Assembly (NCBI RefSeq): GCF_037042905.1
Contig: NC_087246.1
Coordinates: 1,552,001 to 1,616,000, forward strand
DNA: 64,000 nucleotides
Source of the DNA: Lytechinus pictus
Taxonomy: Eukaryota
Direction of reading: 5' to 3'
A program made the translations under genes and the position numbers. A model generated the notes under the pieces. The model did not search any database, was not told the DNA's origin, and worked only from the letters and a program-made list of their open reading frames with translations. Positions 13,173 through 25,800 of this stretch are shown in pieces; position 1 is the first letter of the stretch, and every line of letters starts with the position of its first letter.

Positions 13173-16100
13173 ATGGATGAAGTAAAATCTAGCACTTCTT
13201 TGGATCCTAAATCCAAGTCAGGAGAATCTGGAAAGTCGGGGGGAGCTGGAAAATCGACTTCCTATGAGATGCCTTGGTAAGTGACTTAGCCTTCGCCCTT
13301 GGTCCCATTAGCTATAAAATTTGTTGGTAGAAATTCTAGAATTATTTGGGTCCAGGCCCAGGGGCCTGGGGCCTGTTGCATGAAAGGGTCTTTCGTAGAA
13401 CCATTCTACGTAAGAACGAGATATCGCTCAACTGTTTCACAAAGCCGATTTGGGCGATACGAAGAATGGTCCTTGGAAAGACACCTCCAGACATGTCCTA
13501 CGTAGGCATGATCTTCTTTGCACACCGCCCGCCACCGTCTGCATTGAGAGAAAATGCGTTTATGGCAAGCCACACTGACATATCACCTTTAAACATTTTT
13601 GGCGCCAAGTTATTATATGGGGGACTAGTTGTCATCAATTTTAGGTCGTCTGTTTGCACGGCAAGACGACCAAAAACAGATGTCATTTTAACTTCTCCGG
13701 GCATTATGTCCGGGGGTAATGTTGTAGGCCCAAATATTTTTATAAATATTTTTCCTTTTAAGTTTTATTCTCCGTCCTATCCCCACACCATTTCCATTAA
13801 TTTTTTTTTTGAAATATCGAAATGGGTGGCACTATCTCTCTGACCCTCATGCTTTCTCATTATAGATAATTAAACAACATGAAAACAAATTTCTTTAAAA
13901 TAAATTATGTAGGCCTAAGGTAAAAACGTGTTTATAACGTTTAGCAAAAAAAACACGATACAAAACTAAAATGTTAAACATGGTAAATCATTCATTTATT
14001 TTTATTTCATTTTCATTATAATTATTTTTTTTTGCTGAGATTAATTTTAATCAATAAAAATTAATTGTCGGATTTGGGCTAACTGGAGATGTGAAACAGT
14101 GAAACAAAACAAAAAATCTGCAGTAACAAAATAGCTCATTGAATTTAAGATACAGATTAGGCCTATAGCTTACGAATCCATCACAATTATTACAAATGAA
14201 GATAAGCTAGTTCATTAAAGAAAAGATTATGGAAAGTCCATACAAAGAGGCGCATTTTAAATCGTAGGGTAGGCCCTTTTCGGCCCCTATGCAATGTTAA
14301 AGCAATAATGTAGTCTCTATACTCCTCAACTTTGAAATGTTGAACATATATATTTTTTATATTCTTAAACCTTATATTCTTATATAAGCTTCCATAAATT
14401 AAGTGATCGACTTTAAAGATGACCAACGTTTATGATCATTGTAATATTTAGCATTATTTCTGTAAATAGTATTTTTTCCATTGCGGATTGCACACCGTTT
14501 TCTATGTTTTAATTGTTATTGCAAAGCACTACTTTATCCACTTGGACATGTTTGCATATTTTCCTTGTCTTCTGTTACTCATCATGCAACTGGTATGTTT
14601 ATACCCTAAACACTCATATTTGTATTTCTTGCGTTATATCTGACAAATAAAATAAATAAATTAGATTTTTCACAGGCAGCCTCTCATATTTTCCATTTTA
14701 GTCTCATACAATCAGACACTGTTGATTTTGTTTACTCCATTCAAACCCTATTTTTACCTCAACAGATAACTTATTCACGCATAATTTGCAAAATCATCAT
14801 TATATATATGTATTCAATAAAAAATCAGTATATTGAACTAATAAAATGTCGAAATTACTTAGTTAAATCAATTTTTATGTCGGACAAGGGTCTGTTTCGT
14901 TTAAATATCAATGAAAGGTGTCTCTAAAAGGACACTGTGTTCTAAATAAAGAAAATAATGAAAATTTCGATTTTATCCAGTTATGTTTGTGAATCTTGAA
15001 AGTTTTTTCTGTTTTTGCCTCATAAAGTACGCTCCATACATCAATTCTACAATCGGTAATAAATAAAACATTATTTGATCCCCTTTTATTGAAATATATG
15101 ATTTTATGAAAAGCCGTCATTCCAAAATAAAAGGTTCAGGTGACGATGAAGACTAAATATTTTTCCGATACTATCGATATCAAACGATGTCACGGACTTG
15201 AAAGACAAAATAATTGCATTCGTGAAACGGAAAGCGCTGATTTGTCGCCAATCTTCCTATCTCGGAAGAATGGTCCTAGGACGTTCCTACGTATCGCTCA
15301 TCTCGTCATGCAACATGCCCCTGTTTCACGAAGGCAATTTTGTCTTTCAAGTCCGCGACATCGTTTGATATCGATAGTATCGGAAAAATATTTAGTCTTC
15401 ATCGTCACCTGAACCTTTTATTTCGGATTGATGACTTTTCATAAAATCATATATTTCAATAAAAGGGGATCAAATAATGTTTTATTTATTACTGATTGTA
15501 GAATTGATGTATGGAGCGTACTTTATGAGGTAAAAAGAGAAAAAACTTTCAAGATTCACAAACATAACTGGATAAAATCGAAATTTTCATTATTTCACTT
15601 ATTTAGAACACGGTGTCCTTTTAGAGACACCTTTCATTGATATTTCTACGAAAGAGACCCTTGTCCGACATAAAAATTGATTTAACTAAGTAATTTCGAC
15701 ATTTTATTAGTTCAATATACTGATTTATTATAGAAAACATATATATAATGATGATTTTGCAAATTATGCGTTAATATGTTATCTGTTGAGGTAAAAATAG
15801 GGTTTGAATGGAGTAAACAAAATCAACAGTGTCTGATTGTATGAGACTAAAAAGGAAAATATGAGAGGCTGCATGTGAAAAATCTAATTTATTTATTTTA
15901 TTTGTCAGATATAACGCAAGAAATACAAATGTGAGTGTTTAGAGTATAAACATACCTCAGTTGCATGATGAGTAACCGAAGACAAGGAAAATATGAAAAT
16001 TGCTGCAAACATGTCCAAGTGGATAAAGTAGTGCTTTGCAATAACAATTAAAACATAGAAAAATGTGTGCAATCCGCAATGGAAAAAATACTATTTACAG

Positions 16101-19100
16101 AAATAATGCTAATATTACAATGATCATAAACGTTGGTAATCTTTAAAGTTGATCACTTAATTTATGGAAGCTTATATAAGAATAAGGTTTAAGAATATAA
16201 AAAATATATATGTTCAACATTTCAAAGTTGAGGAGTAGAGAATACATTATTGCTTTAACATTTTAGTAGGGGCCTAAAGGGGCCTACCCTAAAGTGAAAA
16301 TGCGCCTCTTTGTATGGACTCATTTCCATAATCTTTTCTTTAATGAACTAGCTTATCTTCATTTGTAATGATTGTGATGGATTCGTAAGCTATAGGCCTA
16401 ATCTGTATCTTAAATTCAATTAGGTATTTTGTTACTGCAGATTTTTTGTTTTGTTTCACTGTTTCAGTACATCTCAAGTTAAGCCCAAATCCGACAATTA
16501 ATTTTCATTGATTAAAATTAATCTCAGCAAAAAAAAATGATCATAATGAAAATGAAATAAAAATAAATGAATGATTTACCATGTTAAACATTTTAGTTTT
16601 GTATCGTTTTTTTTTTTGCTGAACGTTATAAACACGTTTTTTTACCTTACATAATTTCTTTTAAAGAAATTTGTTTTCCTGTTGTTTAATTATCTGTAAT
16701 GAGAAAGCATGAGGGGTCAGAGAGATAGTGCCGCCCATTTCGATATTTCAACAAAAAAAATAATGGAAATGGTGTGGGGATAGGACGGACCATAAAAGAA
16801 AACATATTAATTAAAAAAAAATATTGGGGCCTACATTACCCCCGGACATATAAAGCCTGGAGAAGTTAAAATGACATCTGTTTTTGGTCGTCTTGCCGTG
16901 CAAAAAGACGACCTGCAATTGATGACAACTAGCCCCCATATAAAAAATAACTTGGCGCCATCCCAGATAAAATGCATCAGTGTGCAACCCAAAAAATGTT
17001 TAAAGGTGATATGTCAGTGTGGCTTGCCGTAAACGCATTTTCTCTCAATGCCGACGGTGGCAGGCGGTGTGCAAAGAAGATCATGCCTACGTAGGACATG
17101 TCTGGAGGTGTCTTTCCAAGGACCATTCTTCGTATCGCCCAAATTGGCTTTGTGAAACAGTTGAGCGATATCTCGTTCTTACGTAGAATGGTTCTACGAA
17201 AGACCATTTCATGCAACAGGCCCCAGGGCACTCTAGGCGACACCCCTATTCAAACTCAAAGCAGTGTTAAAAAAGGCGGCGACTCCAAACGAGTACGTTT
17301 TGGCCTTGAATTTCCAGCCCATTCCTCTAAATTACGGCCTAAATTTAGGTCTAACTTATTTATTATATGTTATTGTTAATTTACCATGTTTACTAATTTT
17401 AATTATATTTATAATGTAAAATGGGTACTCACCGTTTTTTTCCAAATTTTGTGTTTTCATCCCCTCTTCTGGCCAACTCTTGCGACAGCTGTTGTCACCA
17501 TAGGATCCTGTACATGCAAATCCAGGGCGAGTTGTCACATGACGCTCACGAGTCTCTAGGCTTTTTGGCCTTTATTCAAGGCGTTCTTTTTGTTAAATTT
17601 TATAATGACGCTTATAATATCGAAATCAATGTAGACGAGTCTGTGCAGGGGCATAACACTTAAACGGGTGTATATGAGGGGGCACAGCACATGTCACGTG
17701 TGGAAAATAAAAGTTATGTAATGTAAGTCCCGAGTGAGCAAAGCGAGCAAGAAAAAGAGTTATCATGATAATCTAACTTTGAGATAGATTTTGACAATGA
17801 TCTTACATTTTTTTGTTTCCTCCGAGTACATTTTTGCGCCATGGTCCAAACCCTTGTTACCCCCGCGCTACATGTATGTTGGTAGCCCTGGGACCTCTGG
17901 ATATTAATTAATCCAATTTAATTACAGATGGCAGATTTTATGTTATTATCTGAGTAGCCCCCCCCCCCAGGATTATTTGTTCTTTCTCACATGACTTTCC
18001 TTCCTTTTTAAATTTTCCTTTCGTTTTCCTTTTTTATGTTCTCATATACCTTTTCTTTTCACTTTTCCGTTTCTTCCTTTCTTTCTTTCTTTAATTTTTT
18101 CTTTCTTCCTTTTCTCTTATCCAGTTTTTTTTTTCGGTGAAATCCACTCGGGGGAGGGCCAGCCAGGCCCATGCCCCGCCTGTTTTCGCCTCTGAGATGT
18201 AAGCTATATTCATGATCTTAATCTTCAATTTTCCAAAGTAGGGTGGGTGCATTTTCTCAAGTAAAATTTGACAACCCCCCCAAAAAAGGTTATCACACAA
18301 AAAAATTGTCATTTTGTCCCGCATAAGATATTTGACAAGTAAAAAAAAGATGGTCACTAAAAATGAAAGACTGTCATTATGTCCGTGTAATATTTGGCAA
18401 GCCCCCCCCCCCCCCAAAAGTTAACATTAAAAAAAAAATGAAGGTCATTTCGTCCTGCGTGAAATTTTACAAGTAATAAAAAGATGGTCACTAAAATTGA
18501 AGTTCATTTTTTCCGTGTAATATTTGGCAAGCCCCCCCCCCCCCTCAAAAAAGGTTTTAACTAAAAACGATCAAAGGCCATTTTGTTTCTCTTAAAATTT
18601 GTCAAGTATAAAAAAAAATTGTCACTGAAAAATGAAGGTCATTTGTCCCACGTAAAGTAAAGTTTGGCAAGCCCCCCCCCCCCCCCAAAAAAAAATGTTT
18701 TAACTAATAATGATCGAAGATCATTTTTTCTTGCATAAAATTTGACAAAAAAAATTTGTCACTATTTGGCAAGCCCCCCCAAAAAAAGATAAAAAAGGTT
18801 TAACTAATAATGATCGAAGGTCATCTTGTCCCGCGTTATATTTGGCAAGCCCCCAACCACCCCCCCCCCATAAAAAAGTTTGTCACTAAAAATGATATAT
18901 AGAAAGTCATATTGTTCAAAGTAAAATAGATTTGAGAAGCAAAAAAGAAAAGGCCAAAAAAGAGTAAAGAATATGAACAAAATAACCCCATAACAAATAT
19001 TGCTGTGATTCTCATAACTAGGGAGGGGGGGGCACATAACTTTGTATGAACGACATATTTTTGTTTTACATCCAAAATATCGACTATGAATCTCAAAAGG

Positions 19101-22100
19101 TTGAACGGGCCAGAAATGCTCACCCACCCCCCCCCCCCCCCGGATCCGCCACTGATTCCAATCTATAATGACTTCTCTGCAATATACTAATGCTTTGAAA
19201 TCAAGATAATGAAGATTGATATATTGTAATATAAATTGTGAACGTCTGACAAAAAGATAACCAACCGATCACCTGACCGATCAGCTGACTAGTACGCGAA
19301 TCACATCGGAGTTGATCAGTCCTCACAGTGTTTGGAACGCTCACCAAGAATTCAAGAAAAAAGACTGAAAATGTAAGTTTAACCTCAATCCATTAAATTT
19401 CAAATGTCGTAGAAGTTTACTTATGATGTTTAGAACTAATTTATACCAAAATTGTTACCATCCAATTTGTATTAAGGCGTACATTTGCCAAAGTCCTTGG
19501 TTGCAAATAAAAACGGCAATGTCTTACCGGTTTTATCACTGATGTCGCCTATGAGGTCATACATGTAATGTTTGGACCTCATAGGTACTAGGAGTGGTCC
19601 AGGGCACTCATTCTATTAACAAGGTTATGATATATTATTCACGGCCGATTTCAAAACACCGCATGCGATCACGTTCGATCTGCGACTGATCGCATGCGAT
19701 GTTTTGAAATAAGCCGTGAATAATATGTGTGAGGAAAAAGATACTGCCCCAAAATCACCAATTTTTAGGATAACCGGAGGATGGACATGGAGTGAAATAC
19801 GGGTGTAGAGTAAGATATTAAGTCATTCATATCCCTCGTTATATTTTTTTTCTTTAATTTTTACGATAACCATGATTGCCATCCCACCTTTGTGACTCGG
19901 AATATCCGATCCAGTTCACTGTCCCGATGTTCGGGTAGGTGGAGCGTAGTGTAGCGGTAGTGAAGTGGAGTGGAGCCTGCACGAACATCGCCTGAGGTAG
20001 ATATAACCGTAACACAAAGGTTTGCGATGAATAAAAAATATGAAAGAACCGAACTGATTGGTTTCCGGTCAGTATTTTTAAACAAAGTGCGCATGCAACG
20101 ATGATCTTGATTCAATCAATTCAATCAACAACAAAAATCGACACCAAGTCCAAATTCTCAGCTCAGCGGAACCAAGTCCAATTAAGATCAAGACCAGTCC
20201 AGGTTGTCTGATTAGTCATGTTACGGAGCCCAGGCCAGGTTAACTCTCTTTTTTTTTTTCTTTTTTTTTTTTTTTTTAATAAAACAAGTCCACACATTGT
20301 TATTCATAATGCATATATCATTATCATTTATTTGATGTAGAACAATAAAACAGCATGTGGATAAAAAATGCCTTTGCCCTTGCTCAAGCCAAGGGTCATG
20401 AGGGTATAATAGTGCTGTGACGTGCCAGGATCAGGAATCGAACTCCTGGTCCTCAAATCTCCAATCCTTAGACCACTCAGCCATGACACCTTCACTTGAG
20501 TTGCCACAAGGGGTATGAATCGTTCGTAAAACGATATCAAAGATTGTTCGTTACAGATTTTTTGTCAAATGTTTGTAGATCTCTATGATTAAAATCTCTC
20601 CTGTGCTGTGTTCTTCCTCTGCTAAGATCAGAGTTCAATGGCACCACGGGAAATGCCGCAATTCATTGATGGCTCTTAATTGCAATCATGAAGAAATACT
20701 AATACGTTTTGGCCAGTTGTGTGGAGGTTGCATCACCCAAAATTAATCAGAAGGAGTTCCTTTAGTTTAAGTTTTGCTGTCACCTAAAATTGATTGACAA
20801 GGCAATTAATTGACTAGCCAATTAATGTTTAGGCAACATGCCTGTGAAAAGAGGGCCTTTTTTATGCCTTAGCTGGGTTGAAATTGGGCATGGTAATCAT
20901 TATGGTAATTCTGGGTTTTAGTGTGGCCTAAAGTTTTGAAAAATATATAGATCTATATATAAGGGAGATAGGATTATGGTTAGGAGTGTAGGGTTGGGGT
21001 GCCTGTTGCAAAAGAAACTCTTTCCAAAAGAGAAATTTAAAAAGTATGGTAAACGGAAATTATTTACTTATGACCAGAAGCTTGTTTTTTCAAATATTGG
21101 AAGTAATAGCCAAATAACAAAGAAAGAAGAGAAGTAAACTTGGGAGTAGAAATGATAAAAAGGAAGGTGATCAGTATAACAAAAATGCACCTGCACTACA
21201 AGGAAAAGGATCCTTTATATAAAATAATAGTATGTGAAAAGTTCCACACATACACACACAACCAGTGTGTTTATCTTCATCATCTTGAAGCAGCACTTAC
21301 TCTGGAAGAAGAAAAAGAAAGGGGGAAAACAGAAAGAAGCCAATAATTCATGCATGCTTCTGTGATTAAAAAATAATCAGTCAATGTTGTGAATCATATT
21401 GTTGATTTCATGTTACCTGTCATGGTGACAAATGGGGCAGCCATCTGCACTTATCACATAGTAAAAACTAAAACTTCACATGACTTTTGGGATTTCCAAG
21501 CCTTCATAGTTCTTGAAGATGATGGAACAATAGAGGTTCATGCTCTAAAGCTCTTTGAATTGTCCTGAAAAAGACTGTTGGTATGGAGGTATGAAGAGGT
21601 GATGAAGTGCTTAGTGGGAATTGAAAGGCTAGAAAGAAATAATGATAAAGTATAGGATTATGTTTACACCTTGACCTCTTATGAAAGTACATGTCGACTG
21701 ATTCTATATGTAGGCCTTGAAGTATAACTTGTATGTTAATCAATTTCAAATTCAAATTGATTTATGTTTTACCCAAGTACCACATTTCTCTGTTAAAATT
21801 AACACCTCATGGTTTTTAAAATATAGTAAGATAAAGTTTTAAGGGCCCTCAAATGAGTTAGGAAGTTATTCCTGTTGATTGCCGGTCTTATTCAGTTTGA
21901 TACACTGTTGATAGATTACACATATATTTTTCTTTCTTATCTTAATTCTTATCCTTATTTAGGGTTGAAAAATATCGTCCAACATCCCTCTCTGATGTTG
22001 TTGGAAATGAAGAGACTGTTTCTAGATTAGAAGTTTTTGCCAGAGAAGGGAACGTTCCAAATGTCATTATTGCTGTAAGTATTTGTGTCTTTTGAGATGG

Positions 22101-22840
22101 AATTAATTTACAATTGCCTTTTAATCAGCAGACATGGGACTGTATTCTAAATTCCAGTTTAAGTTTAAGGCTTAAGCTAATCTAAATCTGTGCTATTTTA
22201 TGGAATACAAAATTGGAGAAAAAAAGTATTTACAAATGTATGTTTCCTATTAAATGGGTTCTATTTTCATGCTTCAACTGTGAACAAACACTTACTGTTT
22301 GAATAGTTGGAGTACCAAATTTACTGATGATTTAAACATTTATTGTTGGGATGTCTAGGAAATGTCTTGGGGGAGGGAGACTGATTCATTCCCTCTCCTG
22401 TCTTAGAACTTAATTCTAAACCATGATAAAAGACCACTCATTTAATTAGATTACAATAAGGGACATTCATAGAGCAAAGTTATCTTTTGCCTCATTGCTT
22501 GAAACTTGTAAATATAATATAAACAAATAGCATAATATACTAAGATTATTATCATCACTAAGTTGTTATTTCATGATTTGTCAAATATTTTCCTCCAATG
22601 TTCTTCTTCTGTGTTATAATTATAATAATAATGATCATTATAATAATAATGATCTTAATAATCATGATAAAAGTGATGCTGCTGATTATAATTATAATAA
22701 TGTTACAGTGAAATGATGATATCAATATTCACATATCATGCACCCTTTAACATCTCTAGGTGCTTCCAAACTGGTTTTGATATTATTACCCTGGCTTTCA
22801 CCTTGCAAGCCTTTTGCAATGCTCAAACATAATGTAAATG

Positions 22841-22872
<32 letters not shown>

Positions 22873-25800
22873 GATGATGGTGATGGTGATGGCGATGGTG
22901 ATTGTGATTGATGATAATAATAATGATTATAATGAGAATTATATTGATACAAAAACAATCATATTATCAAGGTGATCATCATCACAATGAATAATTATTA
23001 ATGGAGAACCATGTAAAATGTGTTATTTTATTTGTTTACTGATCAGGGACCTCCTGGGACCGGTAAGACTACCAGTATTTTGTGTTTAGCTAGGACTATG
23101 CTGGGATCATCATTCAAAGACGCTGTACTAGAAATGAATGCATCAAATGAAAGGTAAATATCTTCATTGGATAAACAATATTATCTCTATGGTTTAAATC
23201 TAGCTAGAGCATACAATACTATTTGTTTGTGATCCACTTATTGAAAGAAATTTAATAACATTTTGATATGAATTTTCCAATTTGTAAATTTTTAATAATG
23301 GATGTTTTGAATATTATGAATATTAAACTTAAACTTCCAGGCTATTGCTAGCCTCTCTGAAGTAATAAAAGCAAATTCATTTCCAAGTCAAAGTGGCTTC
23401 AAATTAACCTACAATTTGAATTCAAGAAAAGGTCAAATTATTTAGTCTTTACTTCGAGCACAAGGCTTGTAGTAAAGCAGATTTAAATAGTATTTCTAGT
23501 ATTATTTCAAGCTTCAAGTAAGACAATTTTACTTGTTTGAATTTACATTTTTGATGCAAAATGTAATTTGAAAAGTATAAAACCACAGTCAGAACTTAGT
23601 ATGCAGCAGGCTTTTATGAGCAAAATCTCTTCTTAACAAACTTTGTAATGAGAGAATTGCATTGCACGTAAACCAGCTCTTTATATAGATGAAAGCCTAT
23701 TTTTAGGGGGAAAAGGAAAAGAATAAAGAAAATTAATGTTTTCATTTGTTAGTCATTAAATGAAGCAAGAAATTGATATAATTGTTTTAATTATTATTTC
23801 AAGTAAGATCAGTCTTCAGTTGTTTCATTTCATTATTCTTGTAGAGAATATTCTTAATGGTTTACAGAAATAAGGTGATAAATGAGATAGGTTGCTTTAG
23901 CGCTTGAGTTAATTGTTCATAGAAGTGTCATTACTTGAAATCACTTGACAGCTGATCGTAGAATATATTTTACTAATACTTACAATCAATCAATATTCTT
24001 TTAAACACATCTATAATATTCACTGATCATAATCCATATTTGCAATTACATGAAGCATATTGCAAAATAATAGCATCTTGCTGAATAAACATGGATTCAA
24101 ATAAACTCAAATCTTTATCTTTCTTTTTGTCATTAAAGAGGAATTGATGTTGTGAGGAATAAGATCAAGATGTTTGCACAGAAGAAAGTCACATTACCCA
24201 AAGGAAGGCATAAGATCATCATACTAGATGAAGCAGACAGGTAAAAAAAACTCTCAAGATCTTAGCTCCATACATTGGCTGCTAACAACATTTTAAAGAA
24301 AATTAAGTCCTTTAATAATTTGCTGCTAGAGTTGTATGATTTTTGTTACCAAATGGGACAAAGTTTTAAAAATCAGGGCATGTTGTGAAGTAAACACTAT
24401 ATTCCATTATTACCCAAAGATATGTGTTTGTGTGTGACCATCAATATGTGATCATGTCATGGAGGTCTATGTCTGATAATAAATAGTGCTGTAATCATTA
24501 TAATTCATATTGGGAAAGAATAAATACACTTCAGTTTTAAAGGTTGGCTATTAGCCATTAAACATTGAATATTGCAAACAATTACAAGTTTGAAGAGAAG
24601 GTTTTATTCTTTCTCAAACCCGATTCAAAATACTTTTTGTTTTTCTTAATAGTATGACAAGTGCAGCTCAGCAAGCTATGCGTAGAACAATGGAGATCTT
24701 CTCTAAGACAACACGATTTGCTCTTGCTTGTAATGCCTCAGATAAGATTATAGAACCAATTCAGTCAAGATGCGCAGTACTGAGGTATTCCCGACTTAGC
24801 GACTCACAAATATTAAAGGTGATTGCTGGTACTTCTATCTCCTCTTTAGTTTTATTAAATAATTAATATTGTTGGTTTATTGTCGGTTGTTTCACTTTAT
24901 TTCCTGATATTATCAACAATGGAATGGAAATTCATTAAAATTTTTGCCTTGAACTTTTCATATCTTCCTTTCATTGTGTCTTTTTCTATAGTGAATAAAG
25001 AATGGTGTTAATGATGCAAATTTTATAAATGCTGATTATTCTTTGAGTATTGATAGTATTTGTCTGGTACAATGAATGATTTTTTTTAATTATTTTTTTT
25101 CCAAATCTGTTTCTCTGTTTCACGGTTTGCTTGTATGAATATGTAAATGAAATGAAGTGAAGTAGAATTTGATGGCTTATGATGTTGTATAAGTGATAGA
25201 TGATCTGAATGATTTTGATCCTAATTAAAGATATTTCTTTTTTACAGCGATTACTAGAGATATGTGCAGCTGAGAATATTGATCATTCTGAGGATGGTTT
25301 AGAAGCTATTATCTACACAGCACAAGGTGATATGAGACAGGTATGGCAATGAAAGGATACCCATAGTATAAGCATTTAATCCAATCTGATCTTCATTCAG
25401 ATATCTTGCCCTCATCCAATCAGATGCATGGATTTCAGTAGCTTTTAACAGACAAGGTTCTTAATGAAACACCCTCCCACGAATGACTTCGTTATTAAAA
25501 GATTACTGTCAATTTTGTTTTTGAAAGAGCATTGTAGATGAAAATTTAGTCCTCAGGAACAAAATTCTCTGGTTGGAATTCAAACATGAAGATGAAAAAA
25601 ACCAGATATGTTGATTTTTTTAGAAATTGTTGGTATGTCATTTATGTAATTTACAAAAATATACTCAATAATAGCTACAAATCCTCTTATTTCAAACATG
25701 TTGCAATATATTAATTCATTGATATAGATATTTTGATTATAGAATCTATATTTTCTCATTCTCAGTATATTCGTATATTTTGCAATGTATAGGTAAAATG

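Noticed and set aside
13299..17379. Paired similar ORFs (13346-13843 with 16977-17243; 14908-15120 with 15428-15640) as a duplicated gene or transposase
   Set aside because: They are mirror images produced by the palindrome. They are short, show no recognisable DDE or Myb motifs, and are disrupted by indels between the arms.
20420..20490. tRNA gene
   Set aside because: It has A and B boxes but no complete cloverleaf or terminator, and it continues into a SINE-like body.
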